NCBI GenBank assembly: GCA_963817895.1
Contig: CAWFQB010000009.1
Coordinates: 1 to 64,000 of the forward strand
Length of the DNA: 64,000 bases
Origin: an uncultured Chthonomonadaceae bacterium
Lineage (GTDB): Bacteria > Armatimonadota > Chthonomonadetes > Chthonomonadales > Chthonomonadaceae
Reading direction: 5' to 3'
Part shown: positions 1 through 13,660 of the stretch, piece by piece
How positions within the stretch are numbered: position 1 is the first letter of the stretch
How the letters are laid out: every line of letters starts with the position of its first letter
Position numbers and translations under genes: made by a program
Notes under the pieces: generated by a model
Seen by the model: only the letters and a program-made list of their open reading frames with translations
What the model was told of the DNA's origin: nothing
Database searches by the model: none

Positions 1-395
1 GGCTGTGACGCCCTTCGTTCAGTTACGTATGTCTCCGTTGGCGATGGTCGGCTGCGTGGCGTCATCCGGGCAGCGCAGAACCTGGCCGTTTTTGGAATAG
101 GGAAATACCGCCGCCCGCCCAGCCAATGCCCGGCACGGTCGCTGTGGCGGTGTTGCGCCGCATACACGAAGCGTCCCCAAGGCAGCTGCTCATCATAATC
201 CTGAACATACTGGATGATTGCCAGTCCCACCTGCTTGGTGTTGCTCAAACAACTGGCCTGCCGCGCTTTTTCGCGGGCCTGCGCAAAAACAGGGAAGAGA
301 ATGGCGGCGAGAATCGCGATAATGGCGATCACGACGAGCAGTTCGATCAGCGTAAAGCCCTGAGCGGACTTGCGAGGGGTAGAAGCGTGTGTCAA
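1..395 (-). CDS. Prepilin-type N-terminal cleavage/methylation domain (DUF1559-type) protein, 3' end outside the window
   Basis: Manual reverse-strand translation from TTG at 395 gives [61 protein letters not shown] just upstream. Not in the ORF track because it is truncated. Confidence 0.92.
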   Translation of the reverse strand, partial: MTHASTPRKSAQGFTLIELLVVIAIIAILAAILFPVFAQAREKARQASCLSNTKQVGLAIIQYVQDYDEQLPWGRFVYAAQHRHSDRAGHWLGGRRYFPIPKTARFCAARMTPRSRPSPTETYVTERRASQ

Positions 396-668
396 CGTGT
401 CTCTCCTGTGGGTGTGAGAACGGAAACGAAAAAGTCTCCGTTCAATGCGAGAATATCCTCTGCCCGAAAGCAGGGATTGGGATTCAAGCGCGTATGGCTG
501 GCCGGCGCAGACACGTCTTCGTGGATTGCAGTCCATACCCGATCAACAGCAGGGATAGACCGGGTGCCGTTTACTAGGAATGATTGCGGGAAAACTGGAA
601 CGCCTGGAGGAACAAGCGCGCCTCTGCCTTCCGTGTTTAGACCGCGCACCATACACATCTATGAGGGT

Positions 669-697
669 AGTATAGTGAATTCTTTAGAGTTTGTCAA
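669..697 (-). promoter_or_regulatory. Sigma70-type promoter for the DUF1559 gene
   Basis: Minus strand reads TTGACA-N17-TATACT (plus strand agtata 669-674, tgtcaa 692-697). Confidence 0.8.
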
Positions 698-1000
698 GGC
701 TTTCTGAAGAATTTATTTCAAAAATAATTCAAATTGGGGAATCGCCGGGAACTTTCCCCTGAAATCATGGGAATAAACGCCTCAAACGACTACGTTGAAA
801 AATAAAAACCAGCTTTCGCAGGAAAGCGGCGACCTCATGGCGAAATCCTTAGTACGCAACCTTTTTCCTATTTTCCTTTGATGCTTCCTGCGCGCTTCGC
901 TCATCCGTGAATTAAATGGATTTTGATATTTTTGATATGACGAATGCGCCCGTTGCGTGGTATCGTAACAATTTGATCAACATCGCGTCTTCCAAAATCA

Positions 1001-1923
1001 TTGTGGCAATTTTCTCGGCCGGATGGCGCTGAGCGCGTATATTCCTCTTCGCGCCCGTGCCGAAACGCCGCCCGCCGCCGCGTCACGACGCTGGATTACA
1101 CTCCCGCTCCCGAACGGGGTATGCCGCTCGTGCGTGTGCGCCTGAACAACGGACATCGCAACACCGCGCAAGCGACATTTGTGGTGGATACAGGGTTCAC
1201 GCCTTGCCTGATGACCGACCGGCTGGCGCAAGCCCTCGCTATGGAAGGGGAACCGGCGCGGCGACGTGGACGGCTCGCCTGCCTGCTTTGCCGACGGCAA
1301 GCCTTTGCAGCAGGTGACGGCGGGACTGCAGATCGGCAGCCTGCAAACCGATGCGCGCGCAGTTTCTGCTGCTCAAAGCTTACCGCCTGGACCTGCTCGA
1401 TTGTCCCCTGGACGGCGTGTTGGGATGGGATTTTCTTGCCGACCACGCTGTTCTTATTGATTTTCAGGCGCATCGCATCACGCTCTGGCAGGGCGGCGAT
1501 CTGACCGAAGCCGAGCGGCGAGGAAGTCCACATGCAGGATGCTATCGCGCTTCCCCGCGCCAACAAAACTCCGGGCAGTTTCGATATTCGGGTACGCCTG
1601 CGCAGTCCGAACGCGCGCAGCGGGATGTCACCCTGGCCGTAGATACCGGCGGAGCGCGCACCCTGATTTCGCCGCAGGACGCCCGCGCCCTCGATCTGGA
1701 ACCAACCCGCATTGCCCTGCCGCAGCGCAGCATTTTCGGCAATCTGAAAGTAAATGAGGCGACGCTGCAAGCACTCGAATTCGGCGGTTTGCGTCTGCCC
1801 AATTTCCCCGTCCGCTATCTCGCCCAGGAACACCCCAACATGCCCCCGCATCTCGGCTTCGACGTGCTTTCCCACTATCGCCTGCTGATTGACTATCCCG
1901 CGAATATGCTGTACCTCAAGTAG
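1001..1923 (+). CDS. Two-domain retropepsin-like aspartyl protease (frameshifted; start uncertain)
   Basis: Two DTG motifs (FVVDTGF in ORF 1001; LAVDTGG in ORF 1351) with closing GVLGWDFL and HLGFDVL motifs, spread over overlapping frames. Confidence 0.8.
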
Positions 1924-2016
1924 AGTGAGAGTAACTCCGCAATGCGCATCCTGCCATTGGAAAGTAAAGAGTAGCAGCATACAAGTTTCTATAGCTCTCC
2001 ACCTATCACCTACTCC

Positions 2017-3100
2017 TCATCGCCACTGCACCCCTGCCGACACGCTGAAATCCGGGCCGATATTGCTGAAGGCGGGCAGGGTGTAGTTGTGAATGTCGCC
2101 GTTTTCGGAGAACGAGAGCGTCAGCAGATGGTGGCGGTCCAGAACGCGATGGTAGCCGAACGTGGCGGTGGACTGCCAGCCATCCGCAAAACGATTGCCG
2201 GTTCGGACCACGCGGGTATTGCCGTCCATTTGCAGCACAAAACTGTCGCGGTTGTTGGCGCGATATTCCAGCGCGACAAGCGTTTGCAGCGGTTCGGCTG
2301 CGCGCCGGGAACCCGGCTCGCGCGTCCCAACAATCCGCCGCCCACATTGGCATAAACAATGATGTCCCGTCCCAGGCTGTACCGTCCATCCAGGCTAGGC
2401 CCACATCCACATTGCCGCTGCCCAGCAGCAGCGTTGATTGCCCGTTGGGAGTTTTAGGCCGCCCCGCAGCAGCCAAAGCAGAACGCCCCGTCTGCCGAAT
2501 CAGGCCGCGCTTGAGCGTCACGTTGGTTTCGCCCAACCCGAACGCATTGCCCTGATTAACCGCTGCCTGCCCACTCGCGTTTGTCAGAAACAGCGCGCTC
2601 TGATACTGGCGGAAGAAGTCGCGGCCCGCAGGATCGTCCTCGCCGTTGCCCGGCAATCCGAACAGGCTGTGATAGCTGCTTAAAATGCCGTCCAGAAAGC
2701 CGCCATTGCGCCATTGCAGGGGAACGGATACCGCCAGTTCCATTCCGCGCCCCAACCCTCGCTTCCACGTAAACAGCAGTCGCTGATACTCATTATCTTC
2801 CCGAACCTGCGCCTGCCCGATTCGCGCCGAGGAGCCAGCAGATTGTTGATGATTTCCAGATGCAGGTTGTAAGTGTTGGCGCGGGGCGGCAGAACGTCCG
2901 CGGTTTCCGGCATAAACTGCAAAAACAGCAGGTTGTAGGGACGCGCATCTCGAACGGCAATCGGCCCGCGTGGATTGCCGTACAGCGGATTGTCGCCCGA
3001 CTGCTGCGCCCGACACGACAGGCGAGGAAAAAGAAAGGAGAAGGAGAAAGGCAAAAAGCAAAAGTAGGCGCGAAGTCAATTCGCGGCCAATGCGGAGCAA
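2017..3100 (-). CDS. DUF3187-like outer-membrane protein (multiple frameshifts)
   Basis: Pieces in ORFs 2680..3054 (GPIAVRDARPYNLLFLQF), 2006..3100 (ELAVSVPLQWRNGGFLDGILSSYHSLFGLP) and 2017..2238 (FSEN...PDFSVSAGVQWR, beta-barrel-like end). Confidence 0.7.
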
Positions 3101-3443
3101 GCTGGGCGTATGGACACTGTTATGGTTTCCTGTTCAACGGTTCACATGGGCCATCTCAGAACGAACGCGCGATAAATCCCTGTCAGCTTGAATAGGTTCC
3201 ATCCGAATTGGTTACCGCCTGCATTCCCGTTCTCATTTCGGCAGGAAATCCAATTTTTGCAACAAATTGCAAAAACTAAAATTTGGCGTCCGAATTCGCA
3301 GGCAGATTCCGAATTCTGACCGTCACAATCGCCGATAAACCAACAACAGAGATGCCAGGAAAAGTATTTTCTATCAGGCAGAGAGAAAGCCGCGATAAAC
3401 AACGAACAAAGCAACATAGCGCTATTTAACAACACGGGCTGCC

Positions 3444-4135
3444 ATGAACAACTATTCCCCCCGTCACTTTGCTTTCACTCTTATTGAATTGCTCGTCGTG
3501 ATCGCGATTATCGCGGTGCTTGCGGCGATTCTGTTTCCGGTCTTTGCGCAGGCGCGGGCGAAAGCGCGGGCCATTTCGTGCGTGTCCAATATGCGGCAGG
3601 CGGGACATGCGTTTGCCATGTACTCTCAGGATTATGACGGTCTGTATCCCTGCGCCGTGGATCCCGCCGACCGCGACTACCCCGCAGATATGGAACGGCA
3701 TCCCCGAATTTCAAGGCGCAGATTCCCACTCTGCCCTGGCTGCACGAGGTCCTGCAGCCCTATGCCAAATCCAGAGAGATATTTCATTGCCCCGGCGATA
3801 CGGGTACAATCATTGAAGATTTCACCGGCCTGTATCTGGGAGCCGACCGTTCGCTGTTCAATAAGTACGGAACCAGTTACCTGTACCGGACGGAAATCGC
3901 CGCGCGCCATTCCGGGGACGCGTTCTTCCAGACGCCCGCGCAACTGAATGTGTATATGGACGGTTCGGGATTATGGCACGGAACCGGGCGCGATGATCTC
4001 AGTATCGGCGTAATGCATTTTGACCGAACGAACCCCCTGCTGTTCGAGCGCCGGTTCAATACCCTGCATGGCGACGGGCATGTGAAAAGCCTGACGTTCA
4101 GCCAGGTATGGGAACTCTGGGCGACGCCTTTATAA
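3444..4135 (+). CDS. Prepilin-type N-terminal cleavage/methylation (DUF1559, H-X9-DG-like C-terminus) protein, frameshifted near 3690
   Basis: [29 protein letters not shown]...CVSNMRQ at the N-terminus; C-terminal [11 protein letters not shown] in ORF 3950..4135. Confidence 0.88.
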
Positions 4136-4250
4136 TCCGGTTCGCATCCGGGCTGTACCCTGTTATGAGGGATGAGTAACGTTCATGTTGCTGTTTGTTC
4201 GCTGTTGTTTGTTAAAATGGTAACTCTGTTTGCCTCAAGGAGAAGAAAAA

Positions 4251-6201
4251 TTGTCTGAATACTCGATCAGTGAAAATCGCGCCAATTATGCGCCCCCGCG
4301 AACGGTAACGCCGACAGGCGGGAATGGAGAGAGCCAAAATAAAGGGATGCGCTCCGAACCGGGAAGTTCTCCCTCGCCGTTGCGTTCTGCCGAAGCCTTT
4401 GATAGTTACTGCTCACAGGTGCAAAGCCGGCTTGCCGAACATGCCGCGCAACGCACTCATTTTTTACAGGCCGCTTTTGAACGCCTGACGCGCCTGCTGC
4501 ACACCGCCCGCGATGTAGAGGATTCCACGCTGTATAATGAATTATGGCAGCATCGTGTCGCCGTGCGCGAACTTCTGGAAGCGCTCAGTCAGGTCGGGGC
4601 TTCTGCTGCTGTTATTGCCGTTGCTCCCGCCTCGCCGGTTGCCGCTCCTCCCTCTTCCATCAGCCCGACCGCCGATGAAAAAAACGTTTCCGGTTCCCCT
4701 GCGCCGGTTCTCCCCAACACCGCCAAAATAGCGAACGACAACGCGCCTTCCACATCGCCCGCCCCCGCTTATCCCTCGCTTCCCCTCGCTTCCAAGCCGT
4801 TGCCGATTCAGTCCGAAGCGGCGAACGGGCATAATCTGCGCGATATGGATACGGAAGAGGAGCGTTCCGCGCCGCCCGCGTCTTATGATTCCGCCCCGCG
4901 TCCCCATCGCCATCCCGTGCGCCCCCTGATTGACATCGAAACAGACGCCGTGGGTTTGCGCGACCAGTTACGCGCCTGGATCGTGGGCGTGTCGCTGCGA
5001 ACCGAGAACGGCAACCTGAACGTGCCGAACTGCCTGCGCCTGCGAGCCTTTGCCTGCCGTCAGCGCCGCCTGGAAGAGGAGGCCGGCGATACGGAAGTAG
5101 CGGAAGTGACCGAACTGAGCAAGGACATCGTGGATATTCTGGATCGCGCGGGCGACGAGGAGTATACCGTCGCGCTCGATTACGATGTGGAGCCACTCCC
5201 CACGGCCTTCCAGTGGGGCGAACTGGCTGAGCGTTATGAGGAAACCGCCAAAGCCGAAGAAGCGTTCGAGTGGTGGATTGCCAACCGCTCTATTCTTTCC
5301 GTCGCGGATGTGCAGAACCTGGCCGAGTCGGTTGCGGCCATACAGCAGCGTTTCAACCGCCTGCTGTTTCGCATCGGAGCGCGGGACCCGTTCCAGCAGC
5401 AGCTATTCGACGACCTGCGCTACTGGGCAAAGGAAGCGCAGTGCTACCTTTACAGCCTGCGTCCCAAAGTGCCGATAGCCGAATTGATTGAGAAAGCGTT
5501 GACGATTGACGAGGCGTGGGAGCAGGCGCGCGAACCGGTGCGCGCAATGGAAGAGCGGACAGCAGAGCGTGGATGCTGTCGTTGATCTGGTGGCCGCGCC
5601 CGGATTCGGGGCGAACGAGGCCGAGGATGAAGCGCAATTGCAAGCCGCGCTGCTGCATTGCAAGGAATTGCGTATTCCCGCGTCCGACCGCAGGCTGCGC
5701 GACGCGCTTTTGCCCTGGGCGTCGTTTCTGGAAAACAACGAGAATTTCAAAGAATTGCAGCGCGAAATCAATCTGGAATGGGAGCGGCGGCAGGACATAG
5801 GCCGGGCGGAAGCGATTGAAGAGGAGCCATCCGGCGCGCTGGAAGAGTTGAAAGCGGAACTGGAAGCCGTGCGCGAAGTGACAAGAGGCAAGCGCTGTTT
5901 GCTGTTGGGCGGAACCTGCCGCGAGGAGAATCGTCGTAAGATAGAGGAGGCGCTGCAATTGTCCGAACTGGTCTGGCCCAGCACCAAGCCGTCCGACCCG
6001 CTTGCCAAGTTCGATACGGAATTGCGCCATTCCGATATTGTGGCTCTGCTCACGCGCTTTTCCCGCAAGGAGTGGAAAAACGCGCAGGACATCTGCGCCC
6101 GTGACGGCAAAAAATTCGTCCACCTGACAACAGGCTACGGCGTGTCGCAGGTGGTGCGCCATTTCTATAATCAGATCGCGCCACAAAAGGCGAGTGGTTA
6201 G
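4251..6201 (+). CDS. Hypothetical protein with Pro-rich linker, helical core and probable C-terminal DUF2325-like domain (frameshift near 5570)
   Basis: AAGGAG RBS before TTG 4251; ORFs 4230..5585 and 5506..6201 join; C-terminus CLLLGG...SDIVALLTRFSRK...KKFVHLTTGYG resembles the DUF2325 fold. Confidence 0.65.
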
Positions 6202-6322
6202 TGGTTGGTGGTTGGTGACTGGTTTCTCTTCAAGCAAGTTCGATCTGTTGTACAGCAGGAACTGCACGGGACAAGGAACCAGCCACCAGCCACCAACCAC
6301 TAACCACCAGTCACCAACCACC
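6194..6322. repeat. Inverted pair of heptamer tandem repeats (GGTGGTT / AACCACC)
   Basis: gtggttagtggttggtggttggtgactgg at 6194-6222 mirrored by ccaccaaccactaaccaccagtcaccaaccacc at ~6290-6322. Confidence 0.8.
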
Positions 6323-7763
6323 ATGATTAATGCTGCCGGTTTTCGAGGGGCGTTGCGCAATTCCGTTGCCGTGCCTTTGCTCGGCCTGATTTTACTGCTC
6401 ATCATTTTGTTCGCGCAGATGAATAATTTGATGGTGGCCGCGCAATGGACGGATCACACCTATAAGGTTATTATCGAAGCGCGGTCCCTGCGCAACGCGG
6501 TTTTCCACATGCAAAATGCGGAACAGGCGTATCTTTTGTCCGGGGACAAAATGTTTCTGGACCGCTACGCGCGCGGCAAAGCCCGCGCGGAAACCTGCGT
6601 ACAGAATTTATATCATCTGGTAGCCGACAATCCGCCGCAGGTTGTCCGGGTGCAAACCATGGACAGCCAGTTCAGCAGTTTACATCTGGATCCGCAGGAG
6701 CGAAATCTCTTTGCCGCCGAGCGCGACAAGCGCGCGCTGATTCTCCGAAAGCAGGCCGCGCTGGATGACCTTGAAAAACAGTTCGATGAGTTCCGCGGCG
6801 TAGAGGAAAAACTGCTTGTGGAGCGCACGACTGCCACGCAGCGAGGCCGCGCATACCACGCGCCTGCTGGTCACGGTGATGGCAATTGGGCTGGGAATTG
6901 CGCTGACGTTTTTCATCCGCCGCCAGCTGGCGGTTCTGGCGGGCAGCTATAACAGCGCGCTGACTTCCGTGCAGGAACAGGCCGATACTCTGAAGCGCAA
7001 TGCGGATGAGATTCATCGCAATTCCGAGGAGATACAGGCGCTCAATACCACACTTGAAAAGCGCGTGGAGGAGCGCACCGCGCAACTGGAAGCGACCAAC
7101 AAGGAACTGGAAGCGTTCAGTTACTCCGTTTCGCACGACCTGCGCGCGCCCCTGCGCAGCATTGACGGCTTCAGTCAGGCGTTGCTGGAAGACTACGCGG
7201 ATGTTCTGGATTCGGACGGCAAAAAGTATCTGGAGCGTTTGCGCAACAACAGCCGCCAGATGGCCGGCCTCATTGATGACCTGCTCGCGCTGTCGCGCCT
7301 CACGCGGGCCGAAATGAAGCGCGCGCCCGTGAACCTGAGCGCGACGGCGCAAAGCGTGGCAGATGAACTGCGCCAGCGCGACCCGCAGCGTGAAGTAACG
7401 GTTGACATAGCCGATAATCTAAAAACCGAAGGGGATGAGCGTCTGCTGCACATCGCGCTGGAAAATCTGCTGGGCAACGCCTGGAAGTTCACGTCAAAAG
7501 TTTCTGACGCGCATATCGAAGTGGGGCGGGAGATGCAGGAGGGCAAGCCCGTGTTCTTTGTCCGCGACAATGGCGCGGGCTTCGACATGGCCTATTCCGA
7601 CAAACTGTTCGGAGCCTTTCAGCGTCTGCACGGCGTCAGCGAGTTCGAGGGAACCGGAATTGGACTGGCAACCGTGCAGCGCGTGATACGGCGGCACGGC
7701 GGGCGTATATGGGCCGAAGGCGCTGTAGGAAAAGGCGCGACTTTTTACTTTACACTGGTTTAA
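6323..7763 (+). CDS. CHASE3 sensor histidine kinase (frameshift near 6845)
   Basis: TM + WTDHTYKVI...AYLLSGD CHASE3 segment; H-box FSYSVSHDLRAPLR; NLLGNAWKF, DNGAGF and GTGIGL ATPase boxes. Confidence 0.92.
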
Positions 7764-7794
7764 CGCCACACGCAGCAGAATCCAGAGGGAAATC

Positions 7795-8256
7795 ATGGAT
7801 AACAAAATGATATTGCTTGTCGAGGACAATCCTGACCATGAGCTTCTCACGGTGCGCGCCCTGAAGAAGAACAACATCGCGGAGGGACTGGTGATTGCGC
7901 GGGATGGCGCGGAGGCCCTGGATTACCTGTTCGGAACCGGGGAGTATGCGGGGCGCGACCTGGATCAAATGCCTGCCGTGATTTTGCTGGATTTGCAGCT
8001 GCCGAAAATCGGCGGGCTGGAAGTGCTGCGGCGACTGCGCGCCGATAAGCGAACGCAACTGCTGCCCGTCGTGATTTTAACGTCTTCGGATGAAGAGCGC
8101 GACATGATTACCGGCTACAAGTTCGGGGCCAACAGTTATATCCGCAAACCCGTAGAATTTGAACATTTTATCGAGGCGACGCGGCAGTTGGGCGTCTACT
8201 GGCTCAATCTCAACGAATCGCCGCCGAAATCGAACAGCGGCGAGGAACTTGAATGA
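7795..8256 (+). CDS. Single-domain response regulator (Rcp1-like)
   Basis: ILLVEDN...ILLDLQLPKIGG...ILTSS...GANSYIRKP receiver motifs. Confidence 0.95.
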   Translation: MDNKMILLVEDNPDHELLTVRALKKNNIAEGLVIARDGAEALDYLFGTGEYAGRDLDQMPAVILLDLQLPKIGGLEVLRRLRADKRTQLLPVVILTSSDEERDMITGYKFGANSYIRKPVEFEHFIEATRQLGVYWLNLNESPPKSNSGEELE

Positions 8257-9683
8257 ACAAGCCGATCCGCGTTCTGGTTGTCGAGGACAACGAGGACGAC
8301 GCGCTGTTGCTGCTGCGAACCCTGCGCAAAAGCGGCTACGACCCGGAATATACGCGCGTGGACAATGCGCCCGACATGCAGCAGGCGCTGCTGCATCCCT
8401 GGGATTGCGTTATTTCGGACTATTCCATGCCGAAGTTCAGCGCGCTTGCCGCGCTGGAAATGCTGCGCGAAAGCGGGCAGGATTTGCCCTGCTTCATTGT
8501 TTCCGGCACGATCAGCGAGGATATGGCGGTTGCGGCAATGCGGGCGGGCGCGCACGATTATCTGATGAAAGGCAATTTACAGCGGCTCGGCCCCGCCATT
8601 GACCGCGAACTACAGGAGGCCACGTATCGCGCGCAGCGGCGGCAGGCGGATGTTGCCCGACAGGAGAGCGAGGAGCGGTTTCGGTCCACCTTCAATCAGG
8701 CCGCTGTGGGCATCGGGCATGTTTCCCCGCAGGGCAAATGGCTGATTGTTAATCAGAAGTTATCCGCCATTTTAGGGTACGCGGAATCGGAACTGCTGGC
8801 GGGGTCGTTGCCGGACGTGGTACATGCCAGTGACCGCGAAGCGTATGATGCCAACGCGAATTGCCTGCTGGCAGGCAAAGGGGATACGTATTCGCTGGAA
8901 ACGCGGATGTTGCGCAGGGATGGCGCGGAGGTGTGGGGCGAACTGACGGTTTCGCTGGTTCGCGCCGAAAACGGCGAACCAAAATATTTCATTGCCGTGA
9001 TTGAAGACATTTCCGCCCGCAAAGCCGCCGAGGAGGCACTGAAGCGCAGCCGCGCCGAACTGGAAACGCTCAACGTTCGCCTGAAACGCGCGATGGCCGA
9101 AACGCACCACCGCGTGAAGAACAATTTGCAGGTGATCTCCGCGCTTGTGGATCTGCAAATGCAGGACGGCGAAGAGTTTGTACCCGCAAGCGCCCTCGCC
9201 CGCGTCGGACAGCACACCCGCGCCCTCGCCCTGCTGCATGACCTGCTGACCTCGGAGGCCAAAGGCGATGCGGAGATGGATACCGTTTCGGCACTGGCCG
9301 CTCTCAACAAGCTGATCCCTATCATTCAGGCCACAATGGGCGAACGTAGAATTCGCTACGACGATGTGGCGGATGTGGCCCTGCCGGTGAAAATCGGAGC
9401 CTCCATGGCCCTGCTGATTAACGAACTGTTGAGCAATGCCGTCAAGCACGGCAAGGGCGACATAGACGTGGCGCTGACGACCGAGAGCGAAACAGTCTGC
9501 CTGGAGGTATGCGACGATGGGCCGGGATTTCCCCCGGGCTTCAACAGCGCGAAAGCGGCAAATACGGGTTTGGAACTGGTGGAAAGCATCGGCAGATGGG
9601 ATTTGGGCGGGCAGATCGCTTACGAGAACCGTCCCAAAGGCGGCGCGTGTGTCCGCGTAACCTTCTCGCTATCGAACAACTAA
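8253..9683 (+). CDS. Receiver-PAS-HisKA_2 hybrid histidine kinase
   Basis: N-terminal REC (VEDNEDD, ISDYSMP), PAS/PAC, ETHHRVKNNLQ H-box, NELLSNAVKH and DDGPGF. Confidence 0.93.
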   Translation: MNKPIRVLVVEDNEDDALLLLRTLRKSGYDPEYTRVDNAPDMQQALLHPWDCVISDYSMPKFSALAALEMLRESGQDLPCFIVSGTISEDMAVAAMRAGAHDYLMKGNLQRLGPAIDRELQEATYRAQRRQADVARQESEERFRSTFNQAAVGIGHVSPQGKWLIVNQKLSAILGYAESELLAGSLPDVVHASDREAYDANANCLLAGKGDTYSLETRMLRRDGAEVWGELTVSLVRAENGEPKYFIAVIEDISARKAAEEALKRSRAELETLNVRLKRAMAETHHRVKNNLQVISALVDLQMQDGEEFVPASALARVGQHTRALALLHDLLTSEAKGDAEMDTVSALAALNKLIPIIQATMGERRIRYDDVADVALPVKIGASMALLINELLSNAVKHGKGDIDVALTTESETVCLEVCDDGPGFPPGFNSAKAANTGLELVESIGRWDLGGQIAYENRPKGGACVRVTFSLSNN

Positions 9684-9685
9684 GA

Positions 9686-9776
9686 CGTTACCACGGATAG
9701 CGCGGATGAAACGGATAAACACGGATGAGGACATACTGTGAATTCATCCGTTTCATCTGTTTCATCCGTGGTAACG
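9686..9776. repeat. Intergenic inverted-repeat element with internal (A/C)CGGAT(G/A) tandem units
   Basis: Perfect 13-bp IR cgttaccacggat (9686-9698) / atccgtggtaacg (9764-9776). Confidence 0.75.
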
Positions 9777-9834
9777 GTTTCTTCGTCTTCGTCATCCGTT
9801 GTAAAATTTGTGAACTCTTCTGGAGCGTGAACTG

Positions 9835-10963
9835 GTGAGAGTGGTTTTGCTGCTTATCGGGATATGGGCGGTTGCGGGACTGGCGCGGTGGCTGTGGCTG
9901 CGGCTGCCGGTTCGCTGGAAACGTCCCGCCCGCGATGCGGCAGGCTACGCGATTCTGATTACGTTTTCCGTCTTGTTTGTCGGGCCGTTCGTATGGATGC
10001 TGTCCACGTCGCTGAAAACGGACAGTCAGGTATTGAGCGCGGAAACTCACTGGCTGCCGACCGTGCCGACCGTAAAAGTCCATAAACAGGACGAGAATGG
10101 CGCAATGCAGGATGTGTACCAACCCATTATGCGGGCCTACAATTCTGACAATTCCGATTCGGGTACCATGATTGTCACGAAAGAAAACGAGGATGGAACC
10201 AGCGAGATTCGCGGCGTTATGGACGGCGAACTGACTGATACCGGCTCAGTACAAAATAAGCGCCTGCATCCCGGCGCGCTGGCTTGCGCCGCAGTGGCAC
10301 AACTACCCGGACGCGCTGACTTCCTTTCCCTTCGTCCGCTACACCTTCAACACCCTCGTTATCTGCCTGCTGACGATGATTGGAACCGTGCTTTCCGCCG
10401 CCCTGCCCGCGTATGGATTTGCGCGATTGAAATGGAAGGGACGCGACGCGCTGTTCTTTCTTCTGATTGCCACTATCATGCTGCCGCCGCAGGTGACGAT
10501 GCTGCCCGTGTTCCTGATTTTCCGCGCCCTGCACTGGACGGGAACGATCCTGCCGCTTGTCGTGCCCTCGTTTTTCGGCTCGGCGTTTTACATTTTCCTG
10601 CTGCGGCAATTTTTCCTGACCATTCCGCAGGAGCTTTCCGACGCCGCCCGCATTGACGGCTGCAATGAACTGGGTATTCTCTGGCGTATTCTCGCGCCCA
10701 TTGCCCGCCCCGCATTGGCAACGGTCGCGCTGCTGTCCTTCACATCCGCGTGGATGGATTTTGCCGGCCCGCTGATCTATCTGCACGACGAGCGAACGTA
10801 TACCCTCGCCATCGGCCTGATGGCGTTTTTGGGGCGGCACGGCGGCGAATGGAGCCTGCTCATGGCGGCCAGCATGGTAATGACGGTTCCCATGCTGGTG
10901 CTGTTCTTCTTCGCCCAGCGTACTTACATACAGGGGATCGCCCTGACAGGCTTAAAAGGCTAG
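9835..10963 (+). CDS. Carbohydrate ABC transporter permease (MalG-type), frameshift near 10270
   Basis: PFVWMLSTSLK N-terminal motif; EAA loop RQFFLTIPQELSDAARIDGC; ends FAQRTYIQGIALTGLKG. Confidence 0.92.
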
Positions 10964-11116
10964 AAAAGGAGAAAAGGAGAAGAGGAGAAGAGGAGAAATA
11001 GACAGGATTTTCAGGATTGACAGGATTGCGCATCGGTATGCCCGCCTGTTTGCAGGCGCAATCCCTGTACCTTATGAATTTTTCTCCTTTTCTCCTTTTC
11101 TCCTTTTCTCCTTTTC
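10962..11116. repeat. Inverted pair of purine-rich (GAAAAGGA/GAAGAGGA) tandem repeats
   Basis: agaaaaggagaaaaggagaagaggagaagaggagaaa at 10962-10998 mirrored by ttttctcc units at 11080-11116. Confidence 0.8.
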
Positions 11117-11139
11117 TTTGCAAATAATGGAGATTTGTT

Positions 11140-12642
<1,503 letters not shown>

Positions 12643-12646
<4 letters not shown>

Positions 12647-12831
12647 ATTACAGCCTGCTCAGTAAGCGTGAACAGGAAGTCCTTTTCTGTCGGTACATGC
12701 CGAATAAGTCCTTCCTGTTCCATGCGCTGCAATTCTTCCCATTCCGAAACATGCAGGCGGCGGAATTTTGTCTGCCCGTCATTGGCCTTCATCTCACTCA
12801 AAATCCAGCGTCGAAATTGTGCAGTTTCCAT
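12643..12831 (-). CDS. Small hypothetical protein (62 aa, possibly wHTH-like)
   Basis: GGGAGG RBS precedes ATG 12831 (METAQFRRWILSEMK...); appears fused to the upstream gene in the ORF track, probably through a frameshift. Confidence 0.5.
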
Positions 12832-12847
12832 TGTCTGCCTCCCTGAT

Positions 12848-13524
12848 TCAAAATAGCGGGAACCTGCGAACGTATTGTTCCCAAATAACGCCTCATACTT
12901 CAAAGCGTAGGCTTCGGCGTAAAGTTCGCCACGAGCGGCGCGGCGTTGTGAGCGCGTGGTCATGCGGTCATGGTGATGTCCCAACTCGTGCAGCAGAATA
13001 TGCAGCAGTTGGTAAGCCCGCGCGGCATCTTCGGTGAATTTGCAAAGCCATGTGTCCCTGCCGAACCAGCCAAACGTTTTCCAGTAGTTCCGAGCCGCTT
13101 CTGCATCGGTAAGTTCTCTTTGTAAGTAGTCTTCAGCCGATTCGCACTCCACACCAATACGGGTGAAAATGTCCGCATGATCCTGATAATACTTGTTCGA
13201 GGTGTTAATCCAACCCGTGCTTTCCCACGCGCAGACATGTACCACGCCCGGACAATGAAATCCGTCCGGGCCATATCCTTCCGCCAGCACAATGGCGTTC
13301 AGGCCGACTGCGAGGTGATCCCATTCCGGCAACAGGGCGATAAAGTCATATACGTCCTTTTTTGTCAGCAGATGCCGGTAGCCCTCGCCCGGACGCTCCC
13401 GGTCTACCACAACCTCACGCGGGCGGGGCGCATCATAGCGATTCTCGCTCCCCTTCCAGTTGTTCTTTTTGCGCGTTTCGCCCCGAACCACCTGTGGCGT
13501 TGATTTCCTTTGATTGCCCCGCAT
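12848..13524 (-). CDS. Hypothetical protein with HExxH zinc-metallopeptidase-like motif
   Basis: HILLHELGHHHD motif; a one-base correction near 12890 gives an end ...IWEQYVRRFPLF* at 12848. Confidence 0.6.
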
Positions 13525-13660
13525 AGCAATTTCTCCCCTGCATCGTCACTTTCCTACTTCCTGTATCGCTGCAACCCACAATTTTGTTAGAACCAACTGC
13601 GCTTAAACCGTTAAACGAGTATACTTACAGCAACAAACACTCTACAATTGGAGATCGCAA

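Noticed and set aside
620..650. c-di-GMP-I riboswitch-like GGTCTAA...GGCAG motif on the minus strand
   Set aside because: The first stem (GGCAAA...GAAA...GACGCAAA) is missing.
126..707. 193-aa plus-strand ORF
   Set aside because: Antisense shadow of the DUF1559 gene and its leader.
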